Shown piece by piece: positions 13,521 to 26,300 of a stretch of 64,000 nt of DNA (its first letter is position 1; the number at the start of each line of letters is the position of its first letter). The notes under the pieces were generated by a model, which was not told the origin of the DNA, did no database searches, and worked only from the letters and a program-made list of their open reading frames with translations. The DNA lies in assembly GCA_964016885.1 (NCBI GenBank), contig OZ024741.1:190154001-190218000 (forward strand). The letters are read 5' to 3'. The DNA comes from Eledone cirrhosa (lineage: Eukaryota). A program made the translations under genes and the position numbers.

Positions 13521-13563
13521 TTTCACTATAGGGTGTCTTAACTTTCACTATAGGGTGTCTTAA
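13521..13563. repeat. 22-bp tandem duplication TTTCACTATAGGGTGTCTTAA
   Basis: Two adjacent copies are visible. Confidence 0.85.
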
Positions 13564-13749
13564 TATTATTGAAATTTAGTATATCTTGTCATTTAAATTT
13601 CATATAAATCGAAGGGAAAAAATTTTCAGCAGGGGTTTGTGCCCCGGGGAACCCTTTGATTAAAATGAAATATACTTATCCAAGTACCCTGGGCAATGTA
13701 GTTTCAGAATATATATGGTTATGGGGGTCTATCTCCAAAACCATAAGAG

Positions 13750-13860
13750 GAGTTTAACTTTGCCTTTCATCCTTACGGGGTCGATAAAATAGAGTACCAG
13801 TAATGTGCTGTGATAATGGCTGGCCTTGTGCCAAAAGTAGAAACAATTATTAGTAGTAGT
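13750..13860 (+). mobile_element. SINE (family 2), 3' half
   Basis: ACTTTGCCTTTCATCCTTACGGGGTCGATAAAATAGAGTACCAGT...GGCCTTGTGCCAAAAGTAGAAACAATTATTAGT. Confidence 0.85.
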
Positions 13861-14097
13861 AGAGTTAAACGTAATTCTGGAAAGTGAAAGACGAATATGA
13901 GGAAAGAGAAAATAAAACAAAAGACAAGGAAAGTGAAAGTTTGTTTTTTTACGTTGTTAATTTTTTTCTTACTGAAAAGCGGTGTGTGTGTTGTGTCTGT
14001 AGGCACGTGTGCATTTCTTGGAAAGAAAGAAATACTAGAAAATGAATAAATAAGACAATATTTGAGAGACCTATTGTGTAAAATGATGTAAAATATT

Positions 14098-14308
14098 GGT
14101 TTCTGATTTAGGCAGAAGGCTAACAATTTTGCGTGGAGGGAAAGTCGATTAAATCGACCCCAATGCATTAGTGGTACTTTATTTTATAGACCCCCGTAAG
14201 GATGAAAGGCAAAGCTAACTTGAGCAGGATTTGAACTCAGATCGTAAAGGGCCGTAACTCTATGCTATAAAGCATACTGTCCGACGCTCTACCGATACTG
14301 CCAATTCA
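14098..14308 (-). mobile_element. SINE (family 2), near full length
   Basis: The reverse complement begins GAATTGGCAGTATCGGTAGAGCGTCGGAC and contains the B box and core. Confidence 0.85.
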
Positions 14309-14647
14309 ATGTAAAATATTGATCTGTTCCCAGTTATTCTGCGTTTAATTATATTTGAAAGTTACAGTAACAAAATTTAAGATTATTTTTATTATTGCAC
14401 CCGTCTCTGATACTGGTGTCATGGAGTACTCTGGTGTGTGAACCACAGAAAACAGTAATTTACGGTGGTTTTGAAGGCCATATTCGTTCTAAATATAACA
14501 AATCATAGGAAAACCATAAATATCACATTCAAAATTCTAACCAAGCTTATCAACTAACTACGTTTAATTTTTGTTTTAAATTACTATTACACCCGACACT
14601 AAGACAACAGTAATAACAAAAATAGCAAAATTAATGTATAGGACAAC

Positions 14648-14694
14648 GAATGACTCACTTTTGTAAGTGAATGACTCACTTTTGTAAGTCATTC
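14648..14694. repeat. 21-bp tandem duplication with two TGACTCA (AP-1-like) motifs
   Basis: GAATGACTCACTTTTGTAAGT x2, followed by CATTC, which completes a GAATGACT...AGTCATTC inverted repeat. Confidence 0.8.
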
Positions 14695-15368
14695 ACCTTA
14701 ATATTTCAGAAAACTGAACACTGAAGTACTTATTTATATACATATAAAATATATTTTATATGTATATAAACATTTCTTTTTTCTTTTTTTTTTTTTTTTT
14801 TTTTTCGGCTTCGCAAATAGAACATCAATGATCCAACGAAGAAACCATTAATAGTTACTCGAAATAGCAGCCAAATCCCCCTCAAATAACACAGTTTAAC
14901 AAAAGCACATGACCATTATAGAATTATCGTTGTTAGATGTTATATTTTAACCAATCAAAAATTAGTAGTCTGTTGAACCCAATCTATGAAGTCCACTTTT
15001 TTCACTGGCAGCAATGGTAAATCATATTGTTTCACAGTGTCTCTAGCTCTTAACAAAATGTTTTATTTCAAGTTAATTATACAATGTTTATGATTTGTAA
15101 AAGGAACAAATCCATAAGAGAGAGAAAAAAGTGGAGAAAATGTGCGTGCACTCAGCAACAGGATATGCTGGTGTTTCCCTCTAAAATAATTTTGAGAGAA
15201 ACTCAGTCACTCGCAACCTTATCGGTGGTGAAAAGAAGGCTAAGATGCTGGAGTAGCCAAGCAATTTCACAAATATCACCTGGTACATCAATAAGAAGAA
15301 CCGCCAACAATGACAAAAACCTTGTCAGCGGCTCAACTTCCACGAAAGTCACAGAATGACAAGAGTAA

Positions 15369-16052
15369 TCTATATATAATATAAAAGAGAGATGTTTATT
15401 GGTTGGTTGAAACACACACACACACGCACGCACGCACACACACACACACATCTAAAGAGTGAGAGAGAGAGGCAGAAAGAAAGAGATAGGCCGTTATACA
15501 GAGAGAGATACAATTAAAGTGTTAGATATTCAGAGAGAGAGTGACGTTCCACAAAATTCTAGAATCGGCTTAAACTATAGATCAAAGTATCAGTTGAAGG
15601 TTTAACAATATTGCATTAGCTTTTATAAAGTTGTTTTACAGTCTTTGATATTACAGAACAAAGAAAAATTGATACTATTTGAAATTAATCTACCCTCCAG
15701 CTTTTATCCATATACTACTTACAGACCGTACTAACGAAGTTAAACACTTCAGAAGCAATGTTATGCGGTATATTGCTGTATTTCAGATGACGTCCTTTGG
15801 AGCTGAAAAAGATCATACTGACTATGGTTATTTCACATTTAAAATTCAAGGCCAATGCTACCATTTAATCGGTAGTTTACTCCCCCAGCCTAATAAGAAA
15901 GTTTTATGATTGCTTTTTTGTTTATGTCTCTCTCACACACACACACATTACGGTCTCGCCTCATACCAGACAACACATCCAATACAGTCGTTTTCTCTTT
16001 TATCCGTCTTCTCTTAACTGTTCTCCCGGACGAAGCCGGGTACCTCAGCTAG
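15369..16052 (+). mobile_element. complete non-autonomous Helitron (684 bp)
   Basis: 5' end A|TCTATATATAATATAAAAG, 3' hairpin CCCGG-ACGAAG-CCGGG then CTAG|T, inserted in an A/T target without a TSD. Contains an internal RepHel fragment and microsatellites. Confidence 0.88.
15679..15909 (+). pseudogene. Helitron Rep/helicase N-terminal fragment
   Basis: HFRSNVMRYIAVFQMTSFGA...FKIQGQCYHLIGSLLP matches the conserved Helitron RepHel motif (F..NIR.YN..FQMTSFGA...FKIQGQVYH.IGSLLP). Confidence 0.88.
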
Positions 16053-16140
16053 TTTACTGATAAATCACGATATTTTTCACTATGAACTAGTTGTTAGCCT
16101 TGGGCTTCAACAAAATAGATTTAGTTATCTTAAATTACGA

Positions 16141-17331
16141 GGTACTTTAAACTAGGCCAATCGCCAGGTTTTGGTCCATGAGAGAAAAGGGAAATGATGT
16201 TCAGAGCATTCTGGGTGAACACGCTCTCGCAAGGTACGTATTTCAGGACCTTTTTTTTTTATAAACTCTATTTTCTAAATATGCGGGCACACCATTGAAA
16301 AGTAAGTGGAGGGCAGTGCCATCTCCCGGTGGTAAGGGACGCTTTAAATTGAACAAGAAATTATTTCTTATCAGAATAACTTTGGTGTTACGTTAGCGTA
16401 GTCTATATTGTGAAATGACCTTTAGTGTGCGATCTACCTGTTCATGTATAACTGGTCGATATAAACAAACAATCAACGGATACCCACGTCAGTATCCTTC
16501 TCAAATTGAACCTCATAAGACCAGTGTAACACATTTTACTCACTACAATGCTGTGAAAACATTTCTACAGACGTGTCATTTTAACAGAGGAAACAACAGT
16601 TGCATTTTTACGGGAAAACAATCACATGAAGCAGATCCTTGCCATATATAGGGTAGTGTCATGCAAAAAAAAAAAAAAAAAAAAAAAAAAGCGTGACAGA
16701 TGTGGGGAATACAGGCTTGTACTTCGTTGTCCTCGAAATGGGTACCAAAATTGACGTTCTGTCCAGATAGGAAACTCATTTTACCATATACCAACAACAA
16801 ATTACACTGCAATCTGAGTTTGTTTGAAATTTTAAAACTGTTCTTTTTCGTAATGGAAATACCCATGAATACAGCAGTGACTCTGTCAGGAAAGTCTACC
16901 AGGACGATAGCTGACTGGTTTATGTTCCGAGAGGTGTGTGAAACCATCGTTTCTCATCTTCAAGAGAGGAAAATCGTTGGGGTTAGCGTTAGTAGTGAGC
17001 TTTTCCAGTTACATATTGATCAATTTTGCTGGAAAATGCTGAGACAATATGCAGCAGATTTGTTTGTGGCATTCCTAAATGATATATGAAGTGTGTATCG
17101 TTAATTAAAGGATGTAAGTTTAAATTGTTTCTATCAGTTATGAAGCACTGGTAAATTCCATCATGATGATGACGATTAATGTACTATTTAAGCTATATTG
17201 ATTATTATGATTCTGGTTATTATGATTTCTATGATTAAGTGTATGATATTAATAATAAATCATTATTCAGCTTATTTTTATTATCCTTCAATAGAAGTTT
17301 TTGTAGTGGGGGTAGGCTACACACTGAGCTA
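16141..17331 (+). mobile_element. Merlin-superfamily DNA transposon remnant (left end putative; right end lost in or beyond the satellite)
   Basis: Contains the transposase pseudogene. The candidate left TIR starts GGTACTTTAAACTAGGCC at 16141, and an inverted satellite-like motif lies at 16417-16438. Confidence 0.6.
16548..17089 (+). pseudogene. internally deleted, frameshifted Merlin (ISXO2/IS1595-like) transposase
   Basis: Ordered peptides across frames: TEETTVAFLREN; PCHI*GSVM and LRCPRNGYQN*RSVQIGNSF (Zn-ribbon remnant); LSLFEILKL; TIADWFMFREVCE..KIVG joined almost directly to the C-terminal FQLHIDQFCWK...DLFVAFLNDI. The DDE core is missing. Confidence 0.8.
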
Positions 17332-20300
17332 TAAAATGCAGTTAGACCGCATGTTAAATTGTAAATGGCCTGGTAGACAACACGCTAAAGTCTAAATGGC
17401 CTGGTAGACCGCATGTTAAAGTATAAATGGTCTGGTAGACCGCATGCTAAAGTCTAAATAGCCTGGTAGACAACACACTAAAGTTTAAATGGCATGGTAG
17501 ACCACATGCTAAAATCTAAATGGCCTGGTAGACCACATGCTAAAATCTAAATGGTCTGGTAGACCACATGCTAAAGTCTAAATGGCCTGGTAGACCACAT
17601 GCTAAAGTCTAAATGGCCTGGTAGACCACATGCTAAAGTCTAAATGGCCTGGTAGACCACATGCTAAAGTCTAAATGGTCTGGTAGACAGTATGCTGAAG
17701 TCTAAATGGCCTGGTAGACCGCATGCTAAAGTCTAAATAGCCTGGTAGACAACACACTAAAGTTTAAATGGCATGGTAGACCACATGCTAAAGTCTAAAT
17801 GGCCTGGTAGACCACATGCTAAAGTCTAAATGGTCTGGTAGACAGTATGCTAAAGTCTAAATGGCCTGGTAGACCACATGCTAAAGTCTAAATGGCCTGG
17901 TAGACCGCATGTTAAAGTCTAAATGGCCTGGTAGACCACATGCTAAAGTATAAATAGCCTGGTAGACCACACACTAAAGTCTAAATAGCCTGGTAGACCA
18001 CATGCTAAAGTCTAAATGGTCTGGTAGACAGTATGCTAAAGTCTAAATAGCCTGGTAGACAACACACTAAAGTCTAAATGGCCTGGTAGACCACATGCTA
18101 AAGTCTAAATGGCCTGGTAGACCGCATGTTAAAGTCTAAATGGCCTGGTAGACCGCATGTTAAAGTCTAAATGGCCTGGTAGACCACACACTAAAGTCTA
18201 AATGGCCTGGTAGACCGCATGCTAAAGTCTAAATGGCCTGGTAGACCACATGCTAAAGTCTAAATGGCCTGGTAGACCACACGCTAAAGTCTAAATGGTC
18301 TGGTAGAGCACACACTAAAGTCTAAATGGCCTGGTAGACCACATGCTAAAGTCTAAATGGCCTGGTAGAGCACACACTAAAGTCTAAATGACCTGGTAGA
18401 CCACATGCTAAAGTCTAAATGGTCTGGTAGACAGTATGCTAAAGTCTAAATGGCCTGGTAGAGCACACACTAAAGTCTAAATGGCCTGGTAGACCGCATG
18501 CTTAAGTCTAAATGGCCTGGTAGAGCACACACTAAAGTCTAAATGGCCTGGTAGACCACATGCTAAAGTCTAAATGGTCTGGTAGACGGTATGCTAAAGT
18601 CTAAATGGCCTGGTAGACCACACACTAAAGTCTAAATAGCCTGGTAGACCACATGCTAAAGTGTAAATGGTCTGGTAGACCGCATGCTAAAGTCTAAATG
18701 GCCTGGTAGATCGCATGCTAAAGTCTAAATAGCCTGGTAGACAACACACTAAAGTCTAAATGGCCTGGTAGACCGCATGCTAAAGTCTAAATAGCCTGGT
18801 AGACAACACACTAAAGTCTAAATGGCCTGGTAGACCGCATGCTAAAGTCTAAATAGCCTGGTAGACAACACACTAAAGTCTAAATGGCCTGGTAGACCGC
18901 ATGTTAAAGTCTAAATAGCCTGGTAGACAACACACTAAAGTCTAAATGGCCTGGTAGACCGCATGCTAAAGTCTAAATAGCCTGGTAGACCACATGCTAA
19001 AGTCTAAATGGCCTGGTAGACCACACACTAAAGTCTAAATGGCCTGGTAGACCACACACTAAAGTCTAAATAGCCTGGTAGACCGCATGCTAAAGTCTAA
19101 ATAGCCTGGTAGACCACATGCTAAAGTCTAAATGGCCTGGTAGACCGCATCTTAAAGTCTAAATGGCCTGGTAGACCGCATGCTAAAGTATAAATGGCCT
19201 GGTAGACCACACACTAAAGTCTAAATAGCCTGGTAGACCACATGCTAAAGTCTAAATGGCCTGGTAGACCACATACTAAAGTCTAAATGGTCTGGTAGAC
19301 AGTATGCTAAAGTCTAAATGGCCTGGTAGAGCACATGCTAAAGTCTAAATGGTCTGGTAGACAGTATGCTAAAGTCTAAATGGCCTGGTAGAGCACATGC
19401 TAAAGTCTAAATGGTCTGGTAGACAGTATGCTAAAGTCTAAATGGCCTGGTAGACCACATGCTAAAGTCTAAATGGCCTGGTAGACCACATGCTAAAGTG
19501 TAAATGGTCTGGTAGATCACACACTAAAGTCTAAATGGCCTGGTAGACCGCATGTTAAAGTGTAATTGGCCTGGTAGATCGCATGCTAAAGTCTAAATAG
19601 CCTGGTAGACAACACACTAAAGTCTAAATGGCCTGGTAGACCGCATGCTAAAGTCTAAATGGCCTGGTAGACAACACACTAAAGTCTAAATGGCCTGGTA
19701 GACCACATGCTAAAGTCTAAATGGCTTGGTAGACCACATGCTAAAGTGTAAATGGTCTGGTAGACCACACACTAAAGTCTAAATGGCCTGGTAGACCGCA
19801 TGCTAAAGTCTAAATGGCCTGGTAGACAACACACTAAAGCCTAAATGGTCTGGTAGACCGCATGCTAAAGTCTAAATGGCCTGGTAGACAACACACTAAA
19901 GTCTAAATGGCCTGGTAGACCGCATGCTAAAGTCTAAATGGCCTGGTAGATCGCATGCTAAAGTCTAAATGGCCTGGTAGACAACACACTAAAGTCTAAA
20001 TGGCCTGGTAGACCGCATGCTAAAGTCTAAATGGCCTGGTAGACAACACACTAAAGTCTAAATGGCCTGGTAGACCGCATGCTAAAGTCTAAATGGCCTG
20101 GTAGACAACACACTAAAGTCTAAATGGTCTGGTAGACCGCATGCTAAAGTCTAAATGGCCTGGTAGACAACACACTAAAGTCTAAATGGCCTGGTAGACC
20201 GCATGCTAAAGTCTAAATGGCCTGGTAAGCAACACACTAAAGTCTAAATGGCCTGGTAGACCACATGCTAAAGTCTAAATGGTCTGGTAGACAGTATGCT

Positions 20301-23300
20301 AAAGCCTAAATGGCCTGGTAGATCGCATGCTAAAGTCTAAATGGCCTGGTAGATCGCATGCTAAAGTCTAAATGGCCTGGTAGACCGCATGCTAAAGTCT
20401 AAATGGCCTGGTAGACCGCATGATAAAGTCTAAAAGGCCTGGTAGACAACACACTAAAGTCTAAATGGTCTGGTAGACCGCATGCTAAAGTCAAAATGGC
20501 CTGGTAGACAACACACTAAAGTCTAAATGGCCTGGTAGACCACATGCTAAAGTCTAATTGGTCTGGTAGACAGTATGCTAAAGCCTAAATGGCCTGGTAG
20601 ATCGCATGCTAAAGTCTAAATAGCCTGGTAGACAACACACTAAAGTCTAAATGGTCTGGTAGACCGCATGCTAAAGTCTAAATGGCCTGGTAGACAACAC
20701 ACTAAAGTCTAAATGGCCTGGTAGACCACATGCTAAAGTCTAAATGGCCTGGTAGACCACATGCTAAAGTGTAAATGGTCTGGTAGACCACACACTAAAG
20801 TCTAAATGGCCTGGTAGACCGCATGCTAAAGTCTAAATGGCCTGGTAGACAACACACTAAAGCCTAAATGGTCTGGTAGACCGCATGCTAAAGTCTAAAT
20901 GGCCTGGTAGACAACACACTAAAGTCTAAATGGCCTGGTAGACCGCATGCTAAAGTCTAAATGGCCTGGTAGATCGCATGCTAAAGTCTAAATGGCCTGG
21001 TAGACAACACACTAAAGTCTAAATGGCCTGGTAGACCGCATGCTAAAGTCTAAATGGCCTGGTAGACAACACACTAAAGTCTAAATGGCCTGGTAGACCG
21101 CATGCTAAAGTCTAAATGGCCTGGTAGACAACACACTAAAGTCTAAATGGTCTGGCAGACTGCATGCTAAAGTCTAAATGGCCTGGTAGACAACAAACTA
21201 AAGTCTAAATGGCCTGGTAGACCGCATGCTAAAGTCTAAATGGCCTGGTAAGCAACACACTAAAGTCTAAATGGCCTGGTAGACCATATGCTAAAGTCTA
21301 AATGGTCTGGTAGACAGTATGCTAAAGCCTAAATGGCCTGGTAGATCGCATGCTAAAGTCTAAATAGCCTGGTAGACAACACACTAAAGTCTAAATGGCC
21401 TGGTAGACCGCATGCTAAAGTCTAAATGGCCTGGTAGACAACACACTAAAGTCTAAATGGCCTGGTAGACCGCATGCTAAAGTCTAAATGGCCTGGTAGA
21501 CCGCATGCTAAAGTCTAAAAGGCCTGGTAGACAACACACTAAAGTCTAAATGGTCTGGTAGACCGCATGCTAAAGTCTAAATGGCCTGGTAGACAACACA
21601 CTAAAGTCTAAATGGCCTGGTAGACCACATGCTAAAGTCTAAATGGCCTGGTAGACCGCATGCTAAAGTCTAAATGGCCTGGTAGATCGCATGCCAAAGT
21701 CTAAATAGCCTGGTAGACAACACACTAAAGTCTAAATGTCCTGGTAGACCGCATGCTAAAGTCTAAATGGCCTGGTAGACAACACACTAAAGTCTAAATG
21801 GCCTGGTAGACCGCATGCTAAAGTCTAAATGGCCTGGTAGAGCACACACTAAAGTCTAAATGGCCTGGTAGACAACACACTAAAGTATAAATGGCATGGT
21901 AGACCACATGCTAAAGTCTAAATGGCCTGGTAGAGCACACACTAAAGTCTAAATGGCCTGGTAGACCGCATGCTAAAGTCTAAATGGCCTGGTAGACAAC
22001 ACACTAAAGTCTAAATGGCCTGGTAGACCGCATGCTAAAGTCTAAATGGCCTGGTAGACCGCATGCTGAAGTCTAAAAGGCCTGGTAGACAACACACTAA
22101 AGTCTAAATGGTCTGGTAGACCGCATGCTAAAGTCTAAATGGCCTGGTAGACAACACACTAAAGTCTAAATAGCCTGGTAGACCACATGCTAAAGTCTAA
22201 ATGGTCTGGTAGACAGTATGCTAAAGCCTAAATGGCCTGGTAGATCGCATGCTAAAGTCTAAATAGCCTGGTAGACAACACACTAAAGTCTAAATGGCCT
22301 GGTAGACCGCATGCTAAAGTCTAAATGGCCTGGTAGACAACACACTAAAGTCTAAATGGCCTGGTAGACCACATGCTAAAGTCTAAATGGCCTGGTAGAC
22401 CGCATGCTAAAGTCTAAATGGCCTGGTAGATCGCATGCTAAAGTCTAAATAGCCTGGTAGACAACACACTAAAGTCTAAATGTCCTGGTAGACCGCATGC
22501 TAAAGTCTAAATGGCCTGGTAGACAACACACTGAAGTCTAAATGGCCTGGTAGACCGCATGCTAAAGTCTAAATGGCCTGGTAGAGCACACACTAAAGTC
22601 TAAATGGCCTGGTAGACAACACACTAAAGTCTAAATGGCATGGTAGACCACATGCTAAAGTCTAAATGGCCTGGTAGAGCACACACTAAAGTCTAAATGG
22701 CCTGGTAGACCGCATGCTAAAGTCTAAATGGCCTGGTAGAGCACACACTAAAGTCTAAATGGCCTGGTAGACCACATGCTAAAGTCTAAATGGTCTGGTA
22801 GACGGTATGCTAAAGTCTAAATGGCCTGGTAGACCACACACTAAAGTCTAAATAGCCTGGTAGACCACATGCTAAAGTGTAAATGGTCTGGTAGACCGCA
22901 TGCTAAAGTCTAAATGGCCTGGTAGATCGCATGCTAAAGTCTAAATAGCCTGGTAGACAACACACTAAAGTCTAAATGGCCTGGTAGACCGCATGCTAAA
23001 GTCTAAATAGCCTGGTAGACAACACACTAAAGTCTAAATGGCCTGGTAGAGCGCATGCTAAAGTCTAAATGGCCTGGTAGACAACACACTAAAGTCTAAA
23101 TGGCCTGGTAGACCGCATGCTAAAGTCTAAATGGCCTGGTAGACAACAAACTAAAGTCTAAATGGCCTGGTAGACCGCATGCTAAAGTCTAAATGGCCTG
23201 GTAAGCAACACACTAAAGTCTAAATGGCCTGGTAGACCATATGCTAAAGTCTAAATGGTCTGGTAGACAGTATGCTAAAGCCTAAATGGCCTGGTAGATC

Positions 23301-26300
23301 GCATGCTAAAGTCTAAATAGCCTGGTAGACAACACACTAAAGTCTAAATGGCCTGGTAGACCGCATGCTAAAGTCTAAATGGCCTGGTAGACAACACACT
23401 AAAGTCTAAATGGCCTGGTAGACCGCATGCTAAAGTCTAAATGGCCTGGTAGACCGCATGCTAAAGTCTAAAAGGCCTGGTAGACAACACACTAAAGTCT
23501 AAATGGTCTGGTAGACCGCATGCTAAAGTCTAAATGGCCTGGTAGACAACACACTAAAGTCTAAATGGCCTGGTAGACCACATGCTAAAGTCTAAATGGC
23601 CTGGTAGACCGCATGCTAAAGTCTAAATGGCCTGGTAGATCGCATGCCAAAGTCTAAATAGCCTGGTAGACAACACACTAAAGTCTAAATGTCCTGGTAG
23701 ACCGCATGCTAAAGTCTAAATGGCCTGGTAGACAACACACTAAAGTCTAAATGGCCTGGTAGACCGCATGCTAAAGTCTAAATGGCCTGGTAGAGCACAC
23801 ACTAAAGTCTAAATGGCCTGGTAGACAACACACTAAAGTATAAATGGCATGGTAGACCACATGCTAAAGTCTAAATGGCCTGGTAGAGCACACACTAAAG
23901 TCTAAATGGCCTGGTAGACCGCATGCTAAAGTCTAAATGGCCTGGTAGACAACACACTAAAGTCTAAATGGCCTGGTAGACCGCATGCTAAAGTCTAAAT
24001 GGCCTGGTAGACCGCATGCTAAAGTCTAAAAGGCCTGGTAGACAACACACTAAAGTCTAAATGGTCTGGTAGACCGCATGCTAAAGTCTAAATGGCCTGG
24101 TAGACAACACACTAAAGTCTAAATAGCCTGGTAGACCACATGCTAAAGTCTAAATGGTCTGGTAGACAGTATGCTAAAGCCTAAATGGCCTGGTAGATCG
24201 CATGCTAAAGTCTAAATAGCCTGGTAGACAACACACTAAAGTCTAAATGGCCTGGTAGACCGCATGCTAAAGTCTAAATGGCCTGGTAGACAACACACTA
24301 AAGTCTAAATGGCCTGGTAGACCACATGCTAAAGTCTAAATGGCCTGGTAGACCGCATGCTAAAGTCTAAATGGCCTGGTAGATCGCATGCTAAAGTCTA
24401 AATAGCCTGGTAGACAACACACTAAAGTCTAAATGTCCTGGTAGACCGCATGCTAAAGTCTAAATGGCCTGGTAGACAACACACTGAAGTCTAAATGGCC
24501 TGGTAGACCGCATGCTAAAGTCTAAATGGCCTGGTAGAGCACACACTAAAGTCTAAATGGCCTGGTAGACAACACACTAAAGTCTAAATGGCATGGTAGA
24601 CCACATGCTAAAGTCTAAATGGCCTGGTAGAGCACACACTAAAGTCTAAATGGCCTGGTAGACCGCATGCTAAAGTCTAAATGGCCTGGTAGAGCACACA
24701 CTAAAGTCTAAATGGCTTGGTAGACCACATGCTAAAGTCTAAATGGTCTGGTAGACGGTATGCTAAAGTCTAAATGGCCTGGTAGACCACACACTAAAGT
24801 CTAAATAGCCTGGTAGACCACATGCTAAAGTGTAAATGGTCTGGTAGACCGCATGCTAAAGTCTAAATGGCCTGGTAGATCGCATGCTAAAGTCTAAATA
24901 GCCTGGTAGACAACACACTAAAGTCTAAATGGCCTGGTAGACCGCATGCTAAAGTCTAAATAGCCTGGTAGACAACACACTAAAGTCTAAATGGCCTGGT
25001 AGAGCGCATGCTAAAGTCTAAATAGCCTGGTAGACAACACACTAAAGTCTAAATGGCCTGGTAGACCGCATGCTAAAGTCTAAATAGCCTGGTAGACAAC
25101 ACACTAAAGTCTAAATGGCCTGGTAGACCGCATGCTAAAGTCTAAATAGCCTGGTAGACCACATGCTAAAGTCTAAATGGCCTGGTAGACCACACACTAA
25201 AGTCTAAATGGCCTGGTAGACCACACACTAAAGTCTAAATAGCCTGGTAGACCGCATGCTAAAGTCTAAATAGCCTGGTAGACCACATGCTAAAGTCTAA
25301 ATGGCCTGGTAGACCGCATGTTAAAGTCTAAATGGCCTGGTAGACCGCATGCTAAAGTATAAATGGCCTGGTAGATCACACACTAAAGTCTAAATAGCCT
25401 GGTAGACCACATGCTAAAGTCTAAATGGCCTGGTAGACCACATACTAAAGTCTAAATGGTCTGGTAGACAGTATGCTAAAGTCTAAATGGCCTGGTAGAG
25501 CACATGCTAAAGTCTAAATGGTCTGGTAGACAGTATGCTAAAGTCTAAATGGCCTGGTAGACCACATGCTAAAGTCTAAATGGTCTGGTAGACAGTATGC
25601 TAAAGTCTAAATGGCCTGGTAGACCACATGCTAAAGTCTAAATGGCCTGGTAGACCGCATGCTAAAGTCTAAATGGCCTGGTAAGCAACACACTAAAGTC
25701 TAAATGGCCTGGTAGACCACATGCTAAAGTCTAAATGGTCTGGTAGACAGTATGCTAAAGCCTAAATGGCCTGGCAGATCGCATGCTAAAGTCTAAATAG
25801 CCTGGTAGACAACACACTAAAGTCTAAATGGCCTGGTAGACCGCATGCTAAAGTCTAAATGGCCTGGTAGACCGCATGCTAAAGTCTAAATGGCCTGGTA
25901 GACAACACACTAAAGTCTAAATGGCCTGGTAGACCGCATGCTAAAGTCTAAATGGCCTGGTAGACAACACACTAAAGTCTAAATGGCCTGGTAGACCGCA
26001 TGCTAAAGTCTAAATGGCCTGGTAGACCGCATGCTAAAGTCTAAAAGGCCTGGTAGACAACACACTAAAGTCTAAATGGCCTGGTAGATCACATGCTAAA
26101 GTCTAAATGGTCTGGTAGACAGTATGCTAAAACCTAAATGGCCTGGTAGATCGCATGCTGAAGTCTAAATAGCCTGGTAGACAACACACTAAAGTCTAAA
26201 TGGCATGGTAGACCGCATGCTAAAGTCTAAATGGCCTGGTAGACAACACACTAAAGTCTAAATGGCCTGGTAGACCACACACTAAAGTCTAAATGGCCTG

